From positions 18,120 through 82,119 of the forward strand of contig JAKURY010000009.1 in NCBI GenBank assembly GCA_022452145.1: DNA of 64,000 nucleotides. The letters run 5' to 3'. The first letter of the stretch is position 1. Every line of letters starts with the position of its first letter. This document shows, piece after piece, positions 39,396 through 47,860 of this stretch. The position numbers were made by a program, and so were the translations under genes. The notes beneath the pieces were generated by a model. The model ran no database searches. It was not told where the DNA came from and saw nothing but the letters and a program-made list of their open reading frames with translations. This stretch comes from Acidimicrobiales bacterium. Its GTDB lineage: Bacteria; Actinomycetota; Acidimicrobiia; Acidimicrobiales; MedAcidi-G1.

Positions 39396-41543
39396 TCAGC
39401 CTGCGCCGATGCGGCCCCGGTAGTGGTTGGTGGCGGTCCGCCCGCCGTCCGGGCCGGAGCGTTCTCCACTGCGTGCTCCGCCATCTGGTCCGGGCTGCGT
39501 CACCTGCAGGTCCAGCACCACCTCGCCGGTGGCGTCGCCGAGTCGATGTTCGACCGTCCCTATCAGGGTGACGGAGTCCGCCTCGATCGAGCCACCCCAC
39601 GACCATGTCTCATCCCGGCCGGCCACGGTGAGCACGGCGTCCACCCGGATGTGGTCTATCGGAGTCCGGCCGTCGTGGACGACCAGTATCCGGCAGCGCA
39701 TCGTCGACCTCGGGGTGATGGACACGGGTGGAGGGTCCGCCACCACGATCGTCTGCGCGCAGGCTGCGGCGACGGCCTCGAAGGCCGGCTTCGGAACCCG
39801 ACCGTGGTCCAGCAGGGAACCGGAGATGGCCGGGGACCCGTCCAGCAGGCGGTCGAGGGCGAAGCCCCCGGTGGGGAGGTACTTGCGACGTCGCAGTGAC
39901 TCGATCTGGATCCGCAGCAACTCGGCCTGATGGCGGCGGGTGGCTGCCGCCCATGATCCGGCGTCCGAATGGTCGGCCGGCGGGAACCGCCGGATCAGCA
40001 CGTCTGCTTCGGCTCCGTACTTGGCGGCCAGACGCAGCATGTCGACGTCTGGCCAGGTGGCCGGGTCGAGGGTGCCGTCGTCGAGGGCGGGAGAGCCCTC
40101 CGGAACCGACTGGGACCCGAATGCCGACACGAAGCGGCCGACCCGGGGCAGGCGGTCCAGGTAGTCGTCCAGGTCACCGCGCCGACCGCTGTACCAGCCG
40201 AACCACAGGTGGCTGTCGGCGTCGTCCAGGTGGGGCAGGTTGGGGAGTACCCCTGAATGGCTGATGACCGGTCGGGATGGGTCGGCCTGGTCCAGTGCCC
40301 TGCGGACCGTGCGGTCCAGGACGGTTCGGTTCCAGGTCGGCCGCTGTTGCTCCAGCAGCCGCGGCGCTGCCCTGGTGCGGTCGACCGGGTCGGGAGAATC
40401 GTGCCCGCACCACACCACCACCGACGGATGGTGGCCCAGCAGGTCGACCATTTCCCGGGCCTGTCGGGCCGCCTGTCCGCGTACCTCCCGGTGGTAGCCG
40501 CCGGTCAGGGGCATGTCCTGCCAGAGCAGCATCCCGGAACGGTCGGCCGCCTCGTACAGGGCTGGCGCCGATACGTGGCCGGCCACCCGCAGCAGGTTCA
40601 GGCCGGCCTGGCGAGCCCGGTCCAGGTCGGCGGCGGCCGATTCGACGGTCACCGATGACAGGCGGCGGTCCAGGGGCGGGACGATTGCCCCACGCAGGAA
40701 CAGCCGCTCGCTGTTCACCTGCCAGATGTGGTCGCGCATCCGGACCGACCTGAAGCCGATGGTGCGGACCGCGGTGTCGCTGACCAGGCCGTCCTCGGTG
40801 GCCACGTCCAGCACCACGTCGTTGAGGGGCTGGTCGCCGAGCTCGGCAGGCCACCACAGGGGGGGGCGGGGTACCCGAACCGTCCACTCCACCCGGTTCT
40901 CACCCCCGGCCAGCGGTTGGCCGTGGCGGTGGTCGATGCCCAGAACCCGGGTCCGGAACACAGCGGACCGTGGACGGTCGGCGTCGACCACTGCGCGCAA
41001 CGCCAGGGTGGCCACGTTGTCGGTGGCGTGGGTGCACACCACGCGGACGTGGCGGAGGTGGATCGGTCCGGTCCGGTGGAGGCGTACCGGTCGCCAGATG
41101 CCACCCGGGTTTACGTCCCCGGGGCCGCCCTGGGTAGAGCCGGTGAGGGTGCGCTTCTCGTCGGGGTTGCCGACCCTTGGACATGTGACCTCCACGGCCA
41201 GCAGGTGCTCGGATCGGGAGCGGGCGGCATCGGTGACCTCGAGGGCGTGGCGGTGGAAGTACCCCTCGGTGGGGCCGAGGTAGGAACCGTCCAGCCAGAC
41301 GTCGCCCTGGTAGGCCACCCCGTCCAACTCCAGCCAGAGCCGCTGGTCGGTGGCCGGTTCCACGGTCGGGAACCGGGTCCGGTAGAGCAACGGGCCCTCT
41401 TCCCCGCTGAAGTCGGCCTCGTCCTGCCAGTGCCCGGGGACGGCGACCTCCGTCCAGTCGCCATCGTCCAGGTCGTCGGCGGGGAAGGTCCGGCGGAGGG
41501 CGTCGTCGGCCACATGGGCCCGCCAGGGCCCCGGGAGCTCCAT
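39396..41543 (-). CDS. Glycoside hydrolase family 2 protein (beta-mannosidase/galactosidase-like)
   Basis: 715 aa. The N-terminal sugar-binding region (WTEVAVPGHWQ...LYRTRF...LELDGVAYQGDVWLDG) and the TIM-barrel region (NLLRVAGH...WQDMPL) resemble GH2. Confidence 0.75.
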   Translation of the reverse strand: MELPGPWRAHVADDALRRTFPADDLDDGDWTEVAVPGHWQDEADFSGEEGPLLYRTRFPTVEPATDQRLWLELDGVAYQGDVWLDGSYLGPTEGYFHRHALEVTDAARSRSEHLLAVEVTCPRVGNPDEKRTLTGSTQGGPGDVNPGGIWRPVRLHRTGPIHLRHVRVVCTHATDNVATLALRAVVDADRPRSAVFRTRVLGIDHRHGQPLAGGENRVEWTVRVPRPPLWWPAELGDQPLNDVVLDVATEDGLVSDTAVRTIGFRSVRMRDHIWQVNSERLFLRGAIVPPLDRRLSSVTVESAAADLDRARQAGLNLLRVAGHVSAPALYEAADRSGMLLWQDMPLTGGYHREVRGQAARQAREMVDLLGHHPSVVVWCGHDSPDPVDRTRAAPRLLEQQRPTWNRTVLDRTVRRALDQADPSRPVISHSGVLPNLPHLDDADSHLWFGWYSGRRGDLDDYLDRLPRVGRFVSAFGSQSVPEGSPALDDGTLDPATWPDVDMLRLAAKYGAEADVLIRRFPPADHSDAGSWAAATRRHQAELLRIQIESLRRRKYLPTGGFALDRLLDGSPAISGSLLDHGRVPKPAFEAVAAACAQTIVVADPPPVSITPRSTMRCRILVVHDGRTPIDHIRVDAVLTVAGRDETWSWGGSIEADSVTLIGTVEHRLGDATGEVVLDLQVTQPGPDGGARSGERSGPDGGRTATNHYRGRIGAG

Positions 41544-41644
41544 GACGGCGACGCTACCGGTGGCTCGGCGGTTGGGCGGGGCGACTGCGCGGCTTCCCGA
41601 CGTGGCTGGACGGCGGCGAGAACTCTCCTACCAGGGTGACCGCT

Positions 41645-41732
41645 ACCGGGGTGCGGTTGCCAAGGTGTCTGTAACAGGGGTGCGGTTACCAAGGTGCCGG
41701 TCACCGGGGTGCCCGTCACTAGGGTGCCCGCC
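41645..41732. repeat. Tandem direct repeats (2 x 29 bp, then 2 x 15 bp) abutting the AAA+ gene start
   Basis: accggggtgcggttgccaaggtgtctgta / acaggggtgcggttaccaaggtgccggtc / accggggtgcccgtc / actagggtgcccgcc, then ATG 41733. The GGGTGC core occurs 4 times. Confidence 0.85.
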
Positions 41733-43151
41733 ATGACGCGACCGACCACGCTTGGTGAACTGCGTTCGGTCGGCTGGGAGTCGGTGCCGGTAGCCGAGGA
41801 ACTCCGCCGCAACGCGGCGGCAAGGATCCGGTCCGGGGAGCCGTTGTTCCCGATGGTCCTGGGGTTCGAGGACACCGTGCTCCCACAACTCGAGAACGCC
41901 CTGCTCGCCGGGCACGACGTGATCTTCCTGGGCGAGCGGGGTCAGGCCAAGACCCGACTCATCCGGAGCATGACCGGGCTCCTGGACGAGTGGATGCCGA
42001 TCGTCGTCGGCTCGGAGATCAACGACGATCCGTACCGGCCGGTGTCCCGCCACGCCAGGGTCCTGGTGGCCGAGCTTGGCGACGACACCCCGTTGGGCTG
42101 GGTGCACCGCGATGACCGCTATGGGGAGAAGCTGGCCACCCCCGACACCTCGATCGCAGACCTGATCGGTGAGATCGACCCGATCAAGGTGGCGGAGGGC
42201 CGCTACCTGTCCGACGAGCTGACCCTCCACTACGGCCTGGTGCCTCGGACCAACCGCGGCCTGTTTGCCATCAACGAGCTCCCGGACCTGTCGGAGCGCA
42301 TCCAGGTCGGCCTGCTGAACGTGCTGGAGGAACGGGACATTCAGATCCGGGGCCACCGGATCCGCCTACCCCTGGACGTGGTGATGTTTGCCTCGGCCAA
42401 TCCCGAGGACTACACCAACCGGGGTCGCATCATCACCCCGCTGAAGGACCGCTTCGGCTCCCAGATCCGGACCCACTACCCCCTGGACGCCGATGTCGAG
42501 ATGGACATCGTGGAACAGGAGGCGTCCATCCCCGAGGTCGACGGGCTGACCGTGGCCGTGCCCGAGTTCATGAGCAGGGTTGTGGCGACGATCAGCCACG
42601 AGGCCCGACGCAGCCCGCACCTGAACCAGCGGTCCGGGGTGTCGGTGAGGATGAGCGTCGCCAACCAGGAGGCGATGGCGGCCAGCGCCATCCGTCGGGC
42701 CCTGCGGTCCGGTGAGACCGTGGCGGTGCCCAGGGTGTCGGACCTGGATGCCCTGACCGCCTCGATGGCCGGCAAGGTCGAGGTCGACAGCATTGACGAG
42801 GACCGGGACGGCGAGATCCTGGATCGGATCGTCCGGGCGGCCGTCCTGGGGGTGTTCCGTGAGGTGGTCCCCGGCGAGCTGCACCGGGGCGTGGTTGAGG
42901 CCTTCGAGGAGCACGATGGCGTGTCGGTCGGTGAGGCCGTGGGGTCAGCCGCCTACGTGGAGGTGGCCCTGGAGATTCCGGCGCTGGCCACGGCGGCCGC
43001 CGTCCTCCTGGGAGACGAGCCGGATGGGAGCGATCCTCCACCGGCGCTGGTCGCCAGTGCCGTGGAGCTGGTGCTCGAGGGCCTGCACCTGTCCAAGCGC
43101 CTCAACAAGGTGACGACCGGAAGCGGGTCCCGGTACCGGAACCGCGGTTGA
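41733..43151 (+). CDS. AAA+ ATPase (ChlI/MoxR-like, sigma-54-interaction-type fold)
   Basis: Walker A FLGERGQAKT, Walker B GLFAINELPD, and NVLEERDIQIRG...FASANPEDY. Start is ATG 41733, or upstream GTG 41694 inside the repeats. Confidence 0.8.
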   Translation: MTRPTTLGELRSVGWESVPVAEELRRNAAARIRSGEPLFPMVLGFEDTVLPQLENALLAGHDVIFLGERGQAKTRLIRSMTGLLDEWMPIVVGSEINDDPYRPVSRHARVLVAELGDDTPLGWVHRDDRYGEKLATPDTSIADLIGEIDPIKVAEGRYLSDELTLHYGLVPRTNRGLFAINELPDLSERIQVGLLNVLEERDIQIRGHRIRLPLDVVMFASANPEDYTNRGRIITPLKDRFGSQIRTHYPLDADVEMDIVEQEASIPEVDGLTVAVPEFMSRVVATISHEARRSPHLNQRSGVSVRMSVANQEAMAASAIRRALRSGETVAVPRVSDLDALTASMAGKVEVDSIDEDRDGEILDRIVRAAVLGVFREVVPGELHRGVVEAFEEHDGVSVGEAVGSAAYVEVALEIPALATAAAVLLGDEPDGSDPPPALVASAVELVLEGLHLSKRLNKVTTGSGSRYRNRG

Positions 43152-43205
43152 CCAACCCGCCGGGCGGGTTGCCCTGCGGGGAGGCGCATTTCGATGTGTG
43201 GCGCG

Positions 43206-44060
43206 TCACGCCCTACGGGTCATGACACCGGCGTCGAAGACCACGCGGTCGCCGACCCGGGTCTGGAACAGCACCCGCTCGCCATCGGGCCCGTCGTCCA
43301 CCCAGGCGCGTACGTCCAGCGTCTCCCCGGGCATGACCGGCGACCTGAACCTGCCACCCATGGAGGCGAACCGTGCCGGGTCAGAGTCGCAGAGCGCGTG
43401 TAGGAGCGCGCGGCCGATGAACCCGTAGGTGCACAGCCCGTGGAGGATCGGGGTGTCGAAGCCCGCCCCAGCGGCGAAGGTCGGATCGGAGTGCAGCGGG
43501 TTGCGGTCGCCGCTGAGCCGGTAGAGGAGGGCCTGGTCGCGCCTGATGTCGTAGGTGACCACGTGGTCGGCCTCGCGGTCGGGGAGTTCCCAGTCGTTGG
43601 ACGGGCCACGGTCGCCACCCCAGCCGCCCTCGCCGCCGATGAACAACCCCGAACGGGTGGACCACAGCGGGTTCCCGTCGGGATCGGTGACGTCGGTCTC
43701 CAGGTACACGAGCGCCGCCTTGCCCTTGTCGTATATCTCTCCGACCTTCCCCGTGGCGATGCCCGAGCCCGCGGCGGAGATCTCCCGGTGGCAGGTGATC
43801 TCCTGCTCGGCGTGGAGCAGGAACATGGGGTTGAAGTCGCCGAAGCCGGGGCTCCGACCGCCGGCGATGACCACACACTGGGTGGGAAAGGCCCGTTGCG
43901 CGATGCCGTCCGAGTTCTCGGTGGTGAATTCCAACTCGAAGCCGGTGGGGTCGGCTACGCCGGCACCGATGCCGAGGGAGTAGAGCAGGCTCTGCTTGGA
44001 GGTCCAGGAGATCTCGGTCGGTTCGCCGACCGAACCGGCGGCGTCGGGGTTGATGGGCAT
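43206..44060 (-). CDS. MaoC-family (R)-specific enoyl-CoA hydratase, double hot-dog
   Basis: C-terminal hydratase motif YRLSGDRNPLHSDP...GFDTPILHG, with an N-terminal pseudo-hot-dog. Confidence 0.8.
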   Translation of the reverse strand: MPINPDAAGSVGEPTEISWTSKQSLLYSLGIGAGVADPTGFELEFTTENSDGIAQRAFPTQCVVIAGGRSPGFGDFNPMFLLHAEQEITCHREISAAGSGIATGKVGEIYDKGKAALVYLETDVTDPDGNPLWSTRSGLFIGGEGGWGGDRGPSNDWELPDREADHVVTYDIRRDQALLYRLSGDRNPLHSDPTFAAGAGFDTPILHGLCTYGFIGRALLHALCDSDPARFASMGGRFRSPVMPGETLDVRAWVDDGPDGERVLFQTRVGDRVVFDAGVMTRRA

Positions 44061-44177
44061 GGGAACTCCATGGTTTCGTGGCGGCTAGTCGTTGTCGGCC
44101 GTCGTGGCGGTCGGTGTGGGCCGACGCTACGGGAGGGTTCCGGTGACGGCCCAACCGCGGAGCGAGGGTGGGGGCCG

Positions 44178-44247
44178 AGCCGACAGGGCGCCGTACGGAA
44201 CGTCGTCCGAAGGTGGTCGCCTAGCCGACGGGTAGCCGTCCGGAACG
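44178..44247. repeat. Two 25-bp direct repeats (45-bp period) in the maoC / VWA divergent spacer
   Basis: agccgacagggcgccgtacggaacg (44178-44202) and agccgacgggtagccgtccggaacg (44223-44247). Confidence 0.8.
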
Positions 44248-44266
44248 CCGGGGCTAGGGTCGATCC

Positions 44267-46279
44267 GTGACACGTTGGCGACGTTGGACACGCCGTCGGG
44301 TGACTCGACGGTCCACCTACTCCCGGTGGGACGGCACCCAGGACGTCCCGGACCTCGATGCCGATGCCCTCCTCCAGGCCATGGGCGACGAGCTCATAGA
44401 GCACGGTGACCCCGAGGCGGCCCTGCGACACATGATGCAGCACGGCCTCGACGTCGGGGGTCACCATCTCCAGGGCATCCGGGAGATCCTCGAGAAGTTG
44501 CGCCGTGCCCGGCGGGAGCGCCTGGAGCGCGACGACCTGGGCGGTGTGTTCGGCGAGATCGACGACGCCCTACGCGAGGTGATTGACGTGGAACGGACCG
44601 CCCTGGATGGTCCCGGACCGGATGCGACTGATCGGGGTGCGCCCGTCGTGGACGAGGCCCGGCAGGCCCGCCGGGACCACCTGGACCTCCTGGAGCACGA
44701 GAACCTGGCCGGGAAGGTCCGCGGACTCCAGGAGCACGACTTCGCATCGGAGGAGGCCCGGCGAAACTTCGAGGAGCTCCTGGAGAAGCTCCGCAACCAG
44801 CTCATGCAGCAGTTCGTGCAGCAGGTCTCCGACGCTACGCAGGCCATGACGCCCGAGGACCGATCCCGTATGGCCGACATGCTGGCCGAGCTGAACCGGA
44901 TGCTCGGGCAGCGGGCAGCGGGCCTGGAGCCGGACTTCTACGCCTTCATGGAGCGGTTCGGGGACTTCTTCCCCGAGAATCCGCGGACGCTGGACGAGCT
45001 CCTGGAGGTGCTGGCCCGTCGCATGGCGGCCATGCGGCAGGTCCTCAACTCGATGGCGCCCGAGCAGCGTGCCCAGCTCCAGGAGCTTTCCGACCAGCTG
45101 ATGCAGGACCTGGACCTCCAGTGGCAGGTCTCCCGACTGGGCGACTCGCTGCGCGACATCTTTCCGCGGATGGGATGGGATGAGTCCCACGAGTTCACCG
45201 GCGACCAGCCCCTCGACCTGGGCGGAGCCCTCGAGGCGATGGAGGAGCTGGCCGAGCTCGGGCAGCTCGAGCAGATGCTCCGGGGGGCGTCCTCGCCCGG
45301 CGCCCTGGCCGAGGTGGACACCGACCGCGTCCGGGACCTGCTCGACGAGGAGTCGGCGGAGAGCCTGAATCGCCTAGCCGAGATGACACGGCTGCTCACC
45401 GAGGCGGGCCTGATCGACAACACCGAGGGCCACCTGACCCTCACGCCGAGGGCCATCCGGCGACTCGGGCAGAATGCCCTGGCCGACCTCTACCGGCGAC
45501 TCAGCCTGGACCGGTCCGGACGTCACGAGCAGCCCCGGGCGGGGCTGGGCCACGAACGTGAGTTCACGACCCGCCCGTGGGAGTTCGGCGACCCCTTCGA
45601 CCTGGACATCGAGCAGACGGTCCGCAATGCGGTCTCCCGGGCCGGTGCCGGCGTCCCGGTGGTTCTCGCTCCCGAGGACTTCGCCATCGAACGCACCGAG
45701 TCCGAGGTCAGGGCCTCCACGGTCCTGATGCTGGACCTCTCCCTCTCGATGCCGATGCGGGGGAACTTCCTCCCGGCCAAGAAGATGGCGATGGCCCTGC
45801 ACTCGCTCATGTCCACCCGGTTCCCCAGGGACTTTCTGGGCGTTGTCACGTTCAGCGAGGTGGCCAGGGAGATCCGACCGGAGCGACTCCCCGAGGTGTC
45901 CTGGGACTACGTGTACGGCACCAACATGCAGCACGGCTTCGCGCTGGCCCGTGCGATCCTGGCCCGCCAGTCGGGTAACAGGCAGATCATCATGGTCACC
46001 GATGGCGAGCCGACAGCCCACCTGGCAGATGACGGCCGGCCGCTGTTCAGCTATCCGCCCACCCGGGAGACCGTGGACCGGACGCTTCGCGAGGTGCGAC
46101 GGTGCACCCGTGAGGACATCCGCATCAACGTCTTCGTGCTGGATGCCACACCGCACCTGGCCCGGTTCATCGAGGACATCACCCGGATGAACGGGGGGCG
46201 GGCCTTCTTCACCACCAACGAGAACCTGGGCGACTACGTCCTGGTCGACTTTGTGGAGAACCGCAGGGTGGCCCGCTGA
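44267..46279 (+). CDS. VWA domain-containing protein (partner of the AAA+ ATPase)
   Basis: C-terminal VWA with MIDAS MLDLSLSM (DxSxS) and VTDGEPT. Long acidic coiled N-terminal part. GTG start. Confidence 0.8.
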   Translation: MTRWRRWTRRRVTRRSTYSRWDGTQDVPDLDADALLQAMGDELIEHGDPEAALRHMMQHGLDVGGHHLQGIREILEKLRRARRERLERDDLGGVFGEIDDALREVIDVERTALDGPGPDATDRGAPVVDEARQARRDHLDLLEHENLAGKVRGLQEHDFASEEARRNFEELLEKLRNQLMQQFVQQVSDATQAMTPEDRSRMADMLAELNRMLGQRAAGLEPDFYAFMERFGDFFPENPRTLDELLEVLARRMAAMRQVLNSMAPEQRAQLQELSDQLMQDLDLQWQVSRLGDSLRDIFPRMGWDESHEFTGDQPLDLGGALEAMEELAELGQLEQMLRGASSPGALAEVDTDRVRDLLDEESAESLNRLAEMTRLLTEAGLIDNTEGHLTLTPRAIRRLGQNALADLYRRLSLDRSGRHEQPRAGLGHEREFTTRPWEFGDPFDLDIEQTVRNAVSRAGAGVPVVLAPEDFAIERTESEVRASTVLMLDLSLSMPMRGNFLPAKKMAMALHSLMSTRFPRDFLGVVTFSEVAREIRPERLPEVSWDYVYGTNMQHGFALARAILARQSGNRQIIMVTDGEPTAHLADDGRPLFSYPPTRETVDRTLREVRRCTREDIRINVFVLDATPHLARFIEDITRMNGGRAFFTTNENLGDYVLVDFVENRRVAR

Positions 46280-46301
46280 GCCCGGAGTTTCCCGTAAAAC
46301 C

Positions 46302-46347
46302 GTGATTCCCCTTGCAATTCCGGGAATCACAGTGGTGTAATTCCACT
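46302..46347. promoter_or_regulatory. Two adjacent hairpins/inverted repeats in the AT-richer spacer between the VWA gene and whiB
   Basis: gtgattccc-N11-gggaatcac (46302-46330, perfect 9-bp arms), then agtgg-tgtaatt-ccact (46331-46347). Either a terminator of the VWA gene or an operator of whiB. Confidence 0.5.
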
Positions 46348-46417
46348 GCTGGGACTTCCTCACGGGGATTTCCCCCATCGGGGGGACGTGCAAGCCAGCG
46401 GAAAGGCGGCAGTGACG

Positions 46418-46702
46418 ATGGGAATCATCGCGAAGCCCAATCTGGACACGGACTGGAAGGACTACTCCAACTGCCTCGGGGTGGATCCGGACCTGTTCTT
46501 CCCGGAGCGCGGTGCGAGCACCAGGGAGGCCAAGGAGGTCTGCCGGAGTTGTGTCGTCCAGAACGACTGCCTCGAGTACGCCCTGCAGAACGGCGAGAAG
46601 TTCGGCATCTGGGGCGGTATGAGCGAGCGCGAGCGGCGCCGCATCCGGCGCCAGCGCGCGCTGGAGCGACAGGCCGCAGAGCGGGCTGTCGAGGCGGTCT
46701 GA
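46418..46702 (+). CDS. WhiB-family [4Fe-4S] transcriptional regulator
   Basis: C...CRSCVVQNDC Cys pattern and GIWGGMSERERRRIRR turn. Start is ATG 46418, or upstream GTG 46388. Confidence 0.88.
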   Translation: MGIIAKPNLDTDWKDYSNCLGVDPDLFFPERGASTREAKEVCRSCVVQNDCLEYALQNGEKFGIWGGMSERERRRIRRQRALERQAAERAVEAV

Positions 46703-46756
46703 CCGGCGGCCGTGGGCGGGCGGTCAACGAGCTAGGCCCATGAGTAGGGTGTATCC

Positions 46757-46936
46757 ATGAACGCTCTAGCAGTGCTGGGTACCCAGGAGCTCCTGATCGT
46801 GGGCATAGTGGTTCTGGTCATGTTCGGTGGTAGCCAGATTCCGAAGCTTGCCCGCAACCTGGGCCGGGCCCAGAAGGAGCTCCAGAAGGGGCTGGCCGAG
46901 GGCCAGGCCGAGGTCGACGGCGACACCGACTCCTGA
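46757..46936 (+). CDS. tatA: Twin-arginine translocase subunit TatA/E (59 aa; not in ORF track)
   Basis: Own translation: MNALAVLGTQELLIVGIVVLVMFGGSQIPKLARNLGRAQKELQKGLAEGQAEVDGDTDS. It has TM-FGG-amphipathic helix architecture. Confidence 0.8.
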   Translation: MNALAVLGTQELLIVGIVVLVMFGGSQIPKLARNLGRAQKELQKGLAEGQAEVDGDTDS

Positions 46937-47052
46937 GCCAGCGGTGCCATCGGCCCGACCGACCCGGTGAGGTGATGGGTACACTGCCGGGCCGCCAGTC
47001 GACCAGCGGGCACCGCCGTGCCGGCCCCTCTCTCCAGGAGTGATCCACGCCG

Positions 47053-47328
47053 ATGAGCAACTTCACCGAGGAACTCCCGCCACAGCCGCCGATCGGCGAC
47101 GTGAGGGTCGTATACCTGGGCCCGGCCGCTCCCCACTGGGAGGTCCGTTCCACCTTCGGCGATGCTCGGTTGATCGAGTCCTTCCGGGACCGGGTACACG
47201 CCCGCCTGATGCTGCTCCCGCCGCATGACCCGCAGTTCCGACGCAACCGCGAGCGCATCAACCGCGATGCCGAGCGCGAGAACGTCCTCATCTCGTGGGA
47301 CCTCGGCTACGAGGAAGACGAGGGCTAG
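47053..47328 (+). CDS. Hypothetical protein (91 aa)
   Basis: High-GC3 ORF with aggag upstream. No family recognised. Confidence 0.5.
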   Translation: MSNFTEELPPQPPIGDVRVVYLGPAAPHWEVRSTFGDARLIESFRDRVHARLMLLPPHDPQFRRNRERINRDAERENVLISWDLGYEEDEG

Positions 47329-47414
47329 AACCCACGCATGGGCCACCGTCCCTCGACCAGCGGACACCTGCCCCATGTGGCGAGATCAGCCCCGGCTGGA
47401 ACGGGAGCATCCCC

Positions 47415-47453
47415 GACCAAAAGGACAGCAACCCCGACGATGGTCGGGGCTGC
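47415..47453 (-). terminator. Intrinsic terminator downstream of the minus-strand whiB paralog
   Basis: Stem gcaaccccgac/gtcggggctgc with a gatg loop (47428-47453). On the minus strand it is followed by TGTCCTTTTGG. It may also serve the convergent 91-aa ORF. Confidence 0.6.
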
Positions 47454-47489
47454 TGCCGGAACGGGGCGTGGAGGGGTCGCCCCGGGGGA

Positions 47490-47750
47490 TCAGGCGGCCA
47501 CGGCCACCAGCTCGTCCTTGCGTGCCGCGGCACGTCGGGCCTTCAGCATTCGGCGACGCTGGCGTTCCGAGCAGCCGCCCCAGACGCCGTGCTCGACGCG
47601 GTTGGCCAGCGCGTACTCCAGGCACGGCGCGGTGACGGTGCAGTCTGCACAGACCAACTTGGCTATCTCGACGCCGATGCCGTCGTGGGGAAAGAAGACC
47701 TCGGGATCGCTGCTCGCGCAAACCCCCCGTGCCATCCAGATCGTGTCCAT
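47490..47750 (-). CDS. WhiB-family [4Fe-4S] transcriptional regulator (second paralog)
   Basis: GVCASSDPEVFFP...CADCTVTAPC...GVWGGCSERQRRRM. Trimmed to ATG 47750 (MDTIWMARG); the track ORF extends to 47939. Confidence 0.85.
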   Translation of the reverse strand: MDTIWMARGVCASSDPEVFFPHDGIGVEIAKLVCADCTVTAPCLEYALANRVEHGVWGGCSERQRRRMLKARRAAARKDELVAVAA

Positions 47751-47831
47751 GGGTCGTTGTTCTCTACTTTCTCGTCGGCTCCGCCCGTGATTGGTGTATT
47801 TCTCCCACATCGGACCGAAAACCTCGGTAAA

Positions 47832-47850
47832 GCCCGGATATTCCCGGATT
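47832..47850. promoter_or_regulatory. CCCGGAT direct repeat (10-nt spacing) upstream of the Na/Pi transporter gene
   Basis: cccggatat-t-cccggattc lies in the AT-richer divergent spacer 47751-47860. Confidence 0.3.
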
Positions 47851-47860
47851 CCGGTGGCAC

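Noticed and set aside
46299-46320. A CRP/Cmr-type site (cGTGA-N6-TTGCA) upstream of whiB, by analogy with mycobacterial whiB1.
   Set aside because: Only one half-site matches TGTGA-N6-TCACA reasonably, which is too weak to call. It is reported only as part of the general motif cluster.
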